64,000 bases of DNA from Bacillota bacterium (GTDB lineage Bacteria > Bacillota > Sulfobacillia > Sulfobacillales > JAIMBI01), in NCBI GenBank assembly GCA_021846505.1, contig JAJZWV010000009.1, positions 11,411 through 75,410 on the forward strand, in the 5' to 3' direction. The position numbers and the translations under genes are program-made. The notes below the pieces were generated by a model. It ran no database searches, had not been told where the DNA came from, and was given only the letters and a program-made list of their open reading frames with translations. Positions 55,522-63,675 of this stretch are shown piece after piece (within the stretch, counting starts at the first letter, position 1; every line of letters begins with the position of its first letter).

Positions 55522-55600
55522 GCGCGGAGCTGGCCGCCGCCATCACGTTGACCTAGCGGCTGCCACGGCATTTACCACGGCATTTAAGAGGAGGGCTCCT

Positions 55601-56341
55601 ATGCACATCCTGCTGACCAACGACGATGGCATCGCATCACCGGGCCTGCGCCTCTTGTCGGAGATTGCGGTCGGGATGGGCCATGTGGTGCATGTGGTCG
55701 CGCCAAAGCGTGACTGGTCCGGCCAAAGTCAAAGCATCAGCCTGTCGGGGGTGATCCACGCGGAGCCAGCGTGGGGATGGGAGCCCGCCACCGCCTGGGC
55801 GGTGGACGGTTCACCGGCCGACTGTGTCCGCATTGCCCGCGCGCTCATAGGAGTGCGGCCCGATGTGGTCATCTCGGGCATCAACCTGGGATCGAATCTC
55901 GGAAACTCGGTTTATCGCTCCGCCACCATCGGCGCGGCGCGAGAGGCGGCGCTCGTGGGCTGGCCGGCGCTGGCACTGTCGGGCACCTTGCCGCTGCCGA
56001 CCCGCTCCGCAGTGGAGCGCCACCTGCCGGACGTGCTGTCCTTGGCCCTTGAGGAAGTTGGCGCGGTGGTAAACGTCAACTGGCCCGACGGGCCATCCCT
56101 CACGTGGGTGATGGCCGAGCCCGCGTGGGGTGCCCTGACCGAAGCCGCCGTGGCGCATGCGCCCAACGGCACGGGGCGCGTCACCGTCACCATGGAGCGC
56201 ACCATGAGCCGACCCCCTCCCCACGACGCCACCGACATTGCTGCTGTGGCGGCCGGCCTCGTGTCCGTGAGCATCCTGCCCGTAGCGCCGCCTGCCTGCC
56301 TTCCCTCCCGCCGGCCCGCCGACATCCGGGCTGAGGGATAG
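55601..56341 (+). CDS. surE: 5'/3'-nucleotidase SurE
   Basis: MHILLTNDDGI.SPGL N-terminus is diagnostic. SD AAGAGGAGGG upstream of ATG 55601. Confidence 0.85.
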   Translation: MHILLTNDDGIASPGLRLLSEIAVGMGHVVHVVAPKRDWSGQSQSISLSGVIHAEPAWGWEPATAWAVDGSPADCVRIARALIGVRPDVVISGINLGSNLGNSVYRSATIGAAREAALVGWPALALSGTLPLPTRSAVERHLPDVLSLALEEVGAVVNVNWPDGPSLTWVMAEPAWGALTEAAVAHAPNGTGRVTVTMERTMSRPPPHDATDIAAVAAGLVSVSILPVAPPACLPSRRPADIRAEG

Positions 56342-56409
56342 CGGAGGCAGACCCCTGGGTCAGTCCCCCATGATTCACCATCATATTTCACAGGGAGGTA
56401 ACACCGGCG

Positions 56410-57519
56410 ATGGCTGAGATTTACTGGGACAACGTCAGCAAACGGTTCGGGTCCGTGACCGCCGTCGACCATCTGACCCTCACCGCCCACGACCAAGAAT
56501 TCTTGGTCTTGCTGGGTCCATCCGGCTGCGGGAAAACCACCACCCTGCGGATGGCCGCCGGGCTGGAAGACGCGACCGAGGGCCGCATCAGCGTGGGCGG
56601 CCGGGACGCCACCCACCTGGAGCCAAAGGACCGCGACCTCGCGATGGTTTTTCAAAACTATGCCTTGTACCCTCATATGACGGTGTTCGAAAACCTGGCG
56701 TTTGGGCTCCGCCTGAGAAAGACGCCTGCAGCGGACATTCAGCGCCTGGTCCACAGTGCCGCCGCCCAGCTCGGCCTGGAGCCGCTGCTGCAGCGCCGGC
56801 CGAGCGCGCTGTCGGGCGGCCAGCGCCAGCGGGTCGCTCTGGGCCGCGCACTGGTGCGGCAGCCGAAAGCCTTCTTGATGGATGAGCCGCTGTCAAACCT
56901 AGACGCGACGCTCCGGGCCCAAACTCGCCTGCAGCTGAAAGTGCTCCACCGCCAACTGGCCGCCACGATTGTCTACGTCACCCATGACCAAACCGAAGCG
57001 ATGACGCTGGCATCGCGCATCGTGGTCATGCGCGACGGCGTCGTCCAGCAGGTGGACACCCCGGAAGCCATTTACGACCGGCCGGCCAATCAGTTCGTGG
57101 CCAGCTTCTTGGGCACTCCGGGCATGAACTTGGTGCCCGCGCAGCTGACTCGCACCAGCGGCACGTTGTCGGCCGCCATTGGCACGCAGCGGCTGGAGCT
57201 GCCGGCCGACAGCGCCCGGCGGCTCGAGCGCGCCGCCGGCCGGTCGGTGGTGCTGGGAATCCGCCCGGAGCACCTCCATGTGGGCGCCCCGGAGGGCCAG
57301 GGCACCAACCCCATGAGCCTGCGCGCACGTGTGCGCTTGGTAGAACCCATGGGCCACGAAACGATGGTGCACGTGGACCTGGACCACGATGTGCAGCTGA
57401 CCGCCCGGTCCATCCACCACTGGTCGGCCAGCCCGGGGTCGCTGGTGTCCCTATCCTTGGACACTCGCCACCTGCATGCCTTCGACCCCGAAACCGAGGT
57501 GGCTTGTGAAGCCCGCTGA
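56410..57519 (+). CDS. Sugar ABC transporter ATP-binding protein (MalK/UgpC/MsmX-like)
   Basis: GPSGCGKTT, LSGGQRQRVALGRAL, FLMDEPLSNLD and a C-terminal TOBE-like domain. Confidence 0.9.
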   Translation: MAEIYWDNVSKRFGSVTAVDHLTLTAHDQEFLVLLGPSGCGKTTTLRMAAGLEDATEGRISVGGRDATHLEPKDRDLAMVFQNYALYPHMTVFENLAFGLRLRKTPAADIQRLVHSAAAQLGLEPLLQRRPSALSGGQRQRVALGRALVRQPKAFLMDEPLSNLDATLRAQTRLQLKVLHRQLAATIVYVTHDQTEAMTLASRIVVMRDGVVQQVDTPEAIYDRPANQFVASFLGTPGMNLVPAQLTRTSGTLSAAIGTQRLELPADSARRLERAAGRSVVLGIRPEHLHVGAPEGQGTNPMSLRARVRLVEPMGHETMVHVDLDHDVQLTARSIHHWSASPGSLVSLSLDTRHLHAFDPETEVACEAR

Positions 57520-57559
57520 CGGCCGCTCCGCCGGCTGCCGCACTGCGGCACGGGCGGAA

Positions 57560-58297
57560 GTGAGTGGGACGGAGGAGCGCTCCCCCGAGGCGCCGCGCAC
57601 CGTGATGCTGGTCGCCGCGGCGCTGCGGCCGGCTCGGCCAGTGATGGAGCGACTCACGAGCTTGGGCTGGACCGTGGCGCGCTACCGCACGGTGCGCGAC
57701 GGCGTGCGAGCCATGGGCTCGGCGGCCTTCGACGCGCTTCTGCTGGACCAGTCCACGGACTCGCCGGCCCAGACGAGCGGCCAGTGCCGGGCTCTGCGCC
57801 ACGCCTCGCATCTGCCGCTTCTGGTGCTGGCGGGGCAGCACAGCGTGGAGGACCGGGTTCAGGCACTGGATGCGGGCGCAGACGCAGTGGTGCCCACGCC
57901 GGTCGACCTGGACGAGCTGATCGCTGAGCTGCGCGCGCTGACGCGTCGGCACGTCCGCCCGCCGGCACCGACCGACGACTGGATGCAGGTGGGAGCGCTC
58001 AGGATTTCCAGCGACCGGCGGGAGGTGCGGATCGGAGAGACCACGGCCGCCATGACGCTTCGAGAATTTGACCTGCTTCACTTCCTCGTCGCCAACCAGG
58101 GCCGAACCATTACCCGTACCATGGCTCTAGATGCCGTTTGGGGCTGGGAGTCAAACGTGTCCCCGACCGTGGTAGATGTGTACATCGGCTATCTGCGCCG
58201 CAAGCTCGCCCACCACGCCAGCGGCGTGGTCATCCGCACCATGCGCGGGGTGGGCTACCAGCTGCAAGCCTCCAGCGCGGGCCCAGCGGCCCCATAG
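57560..58297 (+). CDS. OmpR/PhoB-family winged-helix regulator with degenerate (pseudo-)receiver domain
   Basis: C-terminal LTLREFDLLHFLVANQGRTITR...VDVYIGYLRRKL...IRTMRGVGYQL is typical of the OmpR family. The receiver lacks the N-terminal acidic pair (VMLVAAAL), the conserved T/S (LVLAGQ) and the conserved K (VVPTPV). Start uncertain (57476, 57560 or 57605). Confidence 0.7.
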   Translation: MSGTEERSPEAPRTVMLVAAALRPARPVMERLTSLGWTVARYRTVRDGVRAMGSAAFDALLLDQSTDSPAQTSGQCRALRHASHLPLLVLAGQHSVEDRVQALDAGADAVVPTPVDLDELIAELRALTRRHVRPPAPTDDWMQVGALRISSDRREVRIGETTAAMTLREFDLLHFLVANQGRTITRTMALDAVWGWESNVSPTVVDVYIGYLRRKLAHHASGVVIRTMRGVGYQLQASSAGPAAP

Positions 58298-58358
58298 CCG
58301 GGTGCTGAAAGCCCCGCGCTGGACCGCAGTCAGGCGGGCCGACGCCGACACCGGCCGT

Positions 58359-58383
58359 GAGCCGCTCCAGCAGCGAGCGGCTC
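58359..58383. terminator. 9-bp hairpin between the convergent regulator gene and thrS
   Basis: GAGCCGCTC-CAGCAGC-GAGCGGCTC. No U-tract on either side. Confidence 0.3.
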
Positions 58384-58406
58384 TCCACCCGAGGCTTGGC
58401 CGAATC

Positions 58407-60323
58407 TTATCCCCGGGCCAGCGGCAGGGCCGCCTGCTGCACCAGCTCCTCCACATAGCGCGCCCAGTCGTACACCCCGCTGTCGCCCGCGCGGCTGCGG
58501 ACGGAGACCGTGCCGACTTCGCGCTCGCGCGCCCCCACCACCAGCAGCACCGGCACCTTATCCAGCTGGCCGTCGCGAATCTTTTTGCCCAGCTTCTCGG
58601 ATCGATCGTCCACCTCTGCACGGATGCCCGCCGCGCGCAAATCGCGCACCATCTCGCGCCCGCGGTCGGCCTCGTCGTCCGTGATCGGAATGACCCGCGC
58701 CTGCAGCGGGGCCAGCCACAGCGGGAAGTCGCCCGCGTAGTGCTCGATCAGGATGCCGACAAACCGCTCCACCGAGCCCAGAATGGCGCGGTGAATCATA
58801 ACCGGCCGCACCCGGCTGCCATCCGACTCGGTATACGATAGGTCGAACCGCAGCGGCATCTGATAGTCCAGCTGCACCGTGGAAGTTTGCCACCGGCGCC
58901 CGAGGGAGTCAATCGCGTTGAAGTCCAGCTTCGGGCCGTAAAAGGCGCCGTCGCCAGGGTTCAGCTGATACGGCCGCCCCCAGTCGGCCAGCGCGGCCGA
59001 CAGCTGACGCTCGGCATCCTCCCAGGTTTCTAGGTCCCCCAAGTAGTCCTGCGGGCGGGTGGAAAACACCACTTCCACTTGCATGCCAAACAGGCCGTAC
59101 AGGCGGTCGATGAGCTCCAGCACTTCGCGGATTTGCTCCTGAATCTGCTGGGGGCGCACAAACAGGTGCGCATCGTCCTGGTGAAAGCCCCGCACGCGCA
59201 GCAGGCCGTGCAGAGCGCCGCTGCGCTCAAAGCGCGACAGCGGGCTGTACTCGGCCCACTTGACCGGCAGCTCGCGGTAGGATCGCACGGTGGACCCAAA
59301 CAGCACCGCATGGCCAGGGCAGTTCATGGGCTTCACACCCAGATGCTCCTCGCGCTGGTCGATGAGAAACATGTCGTCCTGATAATGGTCCCAGTGTCCG
59401 GACCGCTTCCACAGCGTGTCCTTGTAAATCCAGGGCGTCATCACCTCTTCGTAGCCCAGCTGCTCCTGCAGCCACCGCGACAGCGCTTCCACCCGGCGAA
59501 ACAGCTTCAGCCCCTTGGGCAGCCAAAACACGAAACCTGGGCTCTCGTCGCGAAACTGGAACAGCCCCAGCTGCTGCCCCAGCTGGCGGTGGTCTCGCCG
59601 CTTGGCCTCTTCCACGCGGTCGAGATGGGCCTTCAGCGCCTCCGCCGTGGGAAACGACGTGCCGTAGACGCGGGTCATCATGGGCTGCTGCTCGTCGCCG
59701 CGCCAGTAGGCCCCAGACACGCTGGTCAGCTTGATGGCCGCCAGCACCCCCGTGTTGGGGACGTGCGGCCCCGCGCACAAGTCCACAAATTCCCCCTGCC
59801 GGTAGACGGAAATCGCTGTGCCCTCCGGAATGCGCTCGATAATTTGCTGCTTAAACGATTCGCCTCGCGCCTGAAACAGCTGCAGCGCCGCCTCGCGCGT
59901 CAGCTCCTCGCGGCGGATGGGCAGCGACTCCACCACGATGTCCCGCATGGCTTGCTCCAAGCGGGCCAAGTCCGCCTCAGTGAGCGGCTCCGGCAGGTGC
60001 AGATCGTAGTAGTAGCCGTCGTCCAGTGCAGGCCCAGTGCCCAGCTGGGCGTCGGGCCACAGGCGCTTGACCGCCTGGGCCAGCAGGTGGGCGCTGGAAT
60101 GCCGAAACACGCGGCGCCCCTCGGCATCCTCAAAGCGCAGCAGCCGCACGGTGGCGGCTGGGCCTACGGGCCGGGTGAGATCCACCACCTGATCGCCTAT
60201 CTGGGCGGCCAGCACCGCCGGGTCCTCCCCTGGCACCACGCTGGCCAGCGGCGCGCTGGACTCCACCAGCACCTCTTCGGCCGCATCGCCGCTCTGCACC
60301 AGCACTTTGACCGCTTCCGCCAT
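58407..60323 (-). CDS. thrS: Threonine-tRNA ligase
   Basis: TGS N-domain, second additional domain, class II core (RVRGFHQDDAH, FYGPKLDF, HRA.LGS.ERF) and anticodon-binding domain. ATG 60323 is preceded by GGGGGAGGGGAAG. Confidence 0.95.
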   Translation of the reverse strand: MAEAVKVLVQSGDAAEEVLVESSAPLASVVPGEDPAVLAAQIGDQVVDLTRPVGPAATVRLLRFEDAEGRRVFRHSSAHLLAQAVKRLWPDAQLGTGPALDDGYYYDLHLPEPLTEADLARLEQAMRDIVVESLPIRREELTREAALQLFQARGESFKQQIIERIPEGTAISVYRQGEFVDLCAGPHVPNTGVLAAIKLTSVSGAYWRGDEQQPMMTRVYGTSFPTAEALKAHLDRVEEAKRRDHRQLGQQLGLFQFRDESPGFVFWLPKGLKLFRRVEALSRWLQEQLGYEEVMTPWIYKDTLWKRSGHWDHYQDDMFLIDQREEHLGVKPMNCPGHAVLFGSTVRSYRELPVKWAEYSPLSRFERSGALHGLLRVRGFHQDDAHLFVRPQQIQEQIREVLELIDRLYGLFGMQVEVVFSTRPQDYLGDLETWEDAERQLSAALADWGRPYQLNPGDGAFYGPKLDFNAIDSLGRRWQTSTVQLDYQMPLRFDLSYTESDGSRVRPVMIHRAILGSVERFVGILIEHYAGDFPLWLAPLQARVIPITDDEADRGREMVRDLRAAGIRAEVDDRSEKLGKKIRDGQLDKVPVLLVVGAREREVGTVSVRSRAGDSGVYDWARYVEELVQQAALPLARG

Positions 60324-60585
60324 GCTTCCCCTCCCCCTCTGCCCTTTCGCCACCGCCATCCGGACACAAAAAAACCCGCCCACAAGGGCGGGCAGCGCCC
60401 GCGGTCCCACCTTGCTTGGTTGCCCCACTCGCTCGATCGTAACGGCTCGCGCCGGCTGCCTTATCCAGGTTTGGCCTCGACAGCAACTCCCAGGGGGTCG
60501 GCGGCGGCGATACCTGGCAAGCTTCCAGCCGATGGCCCGCCTTGCTGTTGGACTTCTGCACGCCGCGCATCCTGTTCATCGCCTG
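60324..60585 (-). promoter_or_regulatory. T-box leader (riboswitch) controlling thrS
   Basis: The minus strand contains AAGGUGGGACCGCGGGCG (60397-60416), a T-box sequence variant. Terminator CCCGCCC-UUGU-GGGCGGG plus UUUUUUU follows at 60368-60392. A long Stem-I-like helix is GGCGAU...AUCGCC. I could not assign the specifier codon. Confidence 0.7.
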
Positions 60586-60591
60586 AAGGCC

Positions 60592-60620
60592 AGTCTACCA
60601 GCGCTAGGCCCGGGAGGCAA
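60592..60620 (-). promoter_or_regulatory. Candidate sigma-A promoter for the thrS leader
   Basis: Minus strand reads TTGCCT (60615-60620), N17, TAGACT (60592-60597). Confidence 0.35.
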
Positions 60621-60693
60621 GCGCTGCGGCCCTGGGAGATTGGACAGGCAGCCAGAGGCTGCTGCTCCCCTCCAGGCAGAATCCGCGGCCCCG

Positions 60694-61209
60694 TCAGCGG
60701 CAGCGGCCAGCACGGCGCGACAGCCAATCGTGAACTTCCCGCTCGCGCTCTGCACTCCTCTCCGTGGCTGGGCCTTCGCACCACTCCGCCCACAGCACGC
60801 GCTCATCGACCGCTCCCGCGGCAGCCGGCAGCCACACCTGCACCAAACTGGGCACCACCACCCGCGAGTGGCGGCTCAGATATGCGTACAGGCCTTCCAG
60901 CAGCCGCGCGCTGTGTGACAGTGCAGCGGATTGGTCGCGAAGCTCGCCCGGATCCAGGCGAAGCGCCCCCCCCGCGCCGGCCAGCACACGGGGCCAATAG
61001 TCTCGGCACAGATAGAGAGCCAATGCCTGCGCGATGCGGGCGGCTTCGATGGAGCGCCGCGTGTCACAGCGCTTGCGGTATCCGGGCCATCGGCCGAGAT
61101 GGTGCTCATACCACTCTCCGGGCACGCCTTGAGCGAGCCGGACCCCTAGGTCCCCTTGGCTATCGCCGTCCGTGACCACCAGCCAGCTGGCATCGTTCGT
61201 GGGGTGCAC
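60694..61209 (-). CDS. Hypothetical protein, possibly an N-terminally truncated remnant
   Basis: 171-aa ORF with non-shadow-like composition (W/Y/E/L-rich). No motif I can assign. It begins abruptly next to another gene remnant. Confidence 0.35.
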   Translation of the reverse strand: MHPTNDASWLVVTDGDSQGDLGVRLAQGVPGEWYEHHLGRWPGYRKRCDTRRSIEAARIAQALALYLCRDYWPRVLAGAGGALRLDPGELRDQSAALSHSARLLEGLYAYLSRHSRVVVPSLVQVWLPAAAGAVDERVLWAEWCEGPATERSAEREREVHDWLSRRAGRCR

Positions 61210-61316
61210 CTCCGCTCCGCCTCACTAGTGTGGCGGCCGGCCCGCGCGATATGTGTGGGGCGGCGCACCGCTGGTCCCGCGCCCGTCCTTCACCACCGGC
61301 GGCGCGCCATAGCGTG

Positions 61317-61956
61317 AGTGTCCGCCGAGGCGAGGATGCGCCCGCGGTCCTGCGCGCCTGCCGGGCGTTTCTCGCCGCCCATGCCCAGGTGACCCTCAAC
61401 CTCGCGCTGATGCAGGTGCCGGGTCGGGCCGGCACGCCGCCACCGCTGGTCGGGCGCCGACTGGTATATGTGCACCGGATGCTGGCGGATCTGGATTGGG
61501 AGGCGGCGGCGGAAGCGATTCGCCCGCTGCGCCATCTGGCCAGGCCGGTCGTGGACCTCTCCGGCCCCACCGGCTACTTTACCCAGCACACGGCACTGGA
61601 CGCCCTGATTCCTCCGTTTCACACCGGGTATGCGGACTCGATTTATGTGCGCGACTTGTCTGATGGGCCGTTGAACACCGTAGCCGCGCACGCGGCCGCC
61701 GCGCCGGTGCGCTGGTGATGATGCAGTCCACCTGGGAAGACGCCTCCGAGCGCACCGCCGGCGTGGAGTGGGTGCGGGCGGTGCGCCGGGACCTCGCCCC
61801 CACCGTGACCACGGCGGCACGTATCTCAATCTGACGGCTGGAGACCATCCCGACTGTGACCCAATTGCGGCCACGTACAGCAACAATTGGAGGCGGCTCC
61901 AGGCCATCAAGCGGCAGCATGACCCGGGCAACCGCCTTCGCCTCAACGCCAACATC
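61317..61956 (+). pseudogene. 3' remnant of an FAD-linked oxidase with BBE (berberine-bridge) C-terminal domain
   Basis: Homology runs through three plus frames: frame of ORF 61230-61718, then MQSTWEDASERTAGVEWVRAV..., then YLNLTAGD...YSNNWRRLQAIKRQHDPGNRLRLNANI (the classic BBE tail). The N-terminal FAD-binding domain is absent. Confidence 0.55.
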
Positions 61957-62035
61957 CTTGCGGGGGAGCCAGCCCACCGAGCCCGCCATCCGCGAGCAGC
62001 CGGGGCAACAGCGCGGAGGGCTCGCTGGCTCGGCC

Positions 62036-63064
62036 TCACGCTCCGACAGCGGAAGAGCACCCGGGATCTTCGGCGGCCCAGTCTCCCGCCACCGCATAGG
62101 CGCGAGCCCGGGACCCACCGCAGGTGCGCGCGTAGGCACAGGTTCCGCACCGTCCTGCCAGGCGATCCGAATTGCGCAGCGCCTGAAACAGTGGAGATTC
62201 CTGATACAGCTCCACCGCCGAGGATGCTGGGACCGTGCCGGCCGATACCGGCAAATAGCCACTGGGAAACACCTCGCCGGTGTGGCTGATAAACATAAAG
62301 CCTTGGGCTTCCCGCACTGTGGGCCCCTCTGGCACACTGTACCCCATCTCGTGAAGGACGCGCCGGAACTGGGGCGCCCCCACAGTGGTTACTCGAAAAG
62401 GCGCCCGGGAGCGGTAGGCGGCCAGCCAGCACAGCGCGTCCTCGATGCTCTTCGCGGACAGCTGCTCGGACCGCCGCGCCCGTCCGGTCGGTATGACAAA
62501 AAACACCTCCCAGCTCGAGACCCCGAGACGCTTCACCAAGTTTCCCATCGCTTCCAGCTCGCCCGCCGTGTGTGGCCCGACGCTGGAGTTGATTTGCAGC
62601 TTCATGCCAGCCTCGCGGATCGCCAGGGCGGCGAGCAAGGTCGCGTCAAATGTGCCGGGCTGGCCCCGAAACGCGTCGTGCACGGCCGCTGACGCTCCAT
62701 CCAAGCTGAGCGACACCGACCCAATCCCCCGCTCGGCCCACTCGCGAATCGCTTCGGGCGTCAGCCGGGGCGTCACGCTGGGCGCCATCGCCGTGTGAAA
62801 GCCGCGGTCCACGGCGGCGCGCTGAATTGCCGGCAGATCGGGTCGCTCCAGCGGGTCCCCGCCCGTGAAAACCATGATCGGGCGGTGCGCGAAGCGCCGC
62901 AGGTCTTCCAGCACTTGCTGGATCGCGTCCAGCGACAGCTCGCGCGGATCGCGGTGGCGAAGAGCCTCGGCACGGCAGTGCCGGCAGTGGAGGGCGCACG
63001 CGCGCGTCAGTTCCCACGTGACCACATGCGGGCTCGGATGCCGCCGATCCGTCATAAACGTCAT
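62036..63064 (-). CDS. Radical SAM protein with Cys-rich C-terminal (SPASM/twitch-like) region, AhbD/NirJ/TIGR04053-like
   Basis: VVTWELTRACALHCRHC (CxxxCxxC), FTGGDPLERPDL, and a C-terminal CGTCAYARTC. ATG 63064 is preceded by GGAGGTGAG. Confidence 0.8.
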   Translation of the reverse strand: MTFMTDRRHPSPHVVTWELTRACALHCRHCRAEALRHRDPRELSLDAIQQVLEDLRRFAHRPIMVFTGGDPLERPDLPAIQRAAVDRGFHTAMAPSVTPRLTPEAIREWAERGIGSVSLSLDGASAAVHDAFRGQPGTFDATLLAALAIREAGMKLQINSSVGPHTAGELEAMGNLVKRLGVSSWEVFFVIPTGRARRSEQLSAKSIEDALCWLAAYRSRAPFRVTTVGAPQFRRVLHEMGYSVPEGPTVREAQGFMFISHTGEVFPSGYLPVSAGTVPASSAVELYQESPLFQALRNSDRLAGRCGTCAYARTCGGSRARAYAVAGDWAAEDPGCSSAVGA

Positions 63065-63362
63065 GAGCTCACCTCCAAAGAACCTAATCCCAGTATCCTC
63101 TGCGATTGGGCCGTCTGCGACGGGGAAAGCGTCGTGTGCGCTAGGGCCACTTGGCGCGGTCCCCACGCTCCAATGGGCCGCCATCAGGGACGGACGGGCG
63201 GCGTTCCGCGCTCGCCGAGCCCTGGTGCGCGGGCGCCGAGCATACTTTGGGCGAGCGGGCATGCGCCCCCCTTTTCCTGTGGGATTCGCCTCACACGGTT
63301 TTCCCATAAAGCCCGCACGCGCTTGACGGCGGCGGCGCCACCTGCTATGCTCAGCGCACGAC

Positions 63363-63437
63363 GCGGAAGTAGCTCAGTGGTAGAGCATCGCCTTGCCAAG
63401 GCGAGGGTCGCGGGTTCAAATCCCGTCTTCCGCTCCA
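63363..63437 (+). tRNA. tRNA-Gly (GCC)
   Basis: Cloverleaf folded by hand: acceptor GCGGAAG/CTTCCGC, anticodon loop TTGCCAA, T-loop TTCAAAT, encoded CCA. Confidence 0.9.
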
Positions 63438-63449
63438 ATTTTTGTTGTC

Positions 63450-63524
<75 letters not shown>

Positions 63525-63537
63525 ATCCAGCACAACC

Positions 63538-63614
63538 GGGCGGTTAGCTCAGTCGGTAGAGCGCTCGCTTGACATGCGAGAGGTTCAGAGGTTCGAGTCC
63601 TCTACCGCCCACCA
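63538..63614 (+). tRNA. tRNA-Val (GAC)
   Basis: Acceptor GGGCGGT/ACCGCCC, anticodon stem CTCGC/GCGAG with loop TTGACAT, T-arm AGAGG-TTCGAGT-CCTCT, encoded CCA. The variable region appears one nt longer than usual. Confidence 0.85.
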
Positions 63615-63675
63615 TTCTTTCGCCGCACCTGAATAGCATGGCTGCCCTTTACATCGATACACGATATAAACAGCC

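Noticed and set aside
60421-60560. Assignment of a specifier codon in the thrS T-box leader
   Set aside because: Candidate triplets in GAA-NNN-R context read GCU or CAG, not Thr. An ACC occurs elsewhere. Without a proper fold I cannot decide, so no specifier is claimed.
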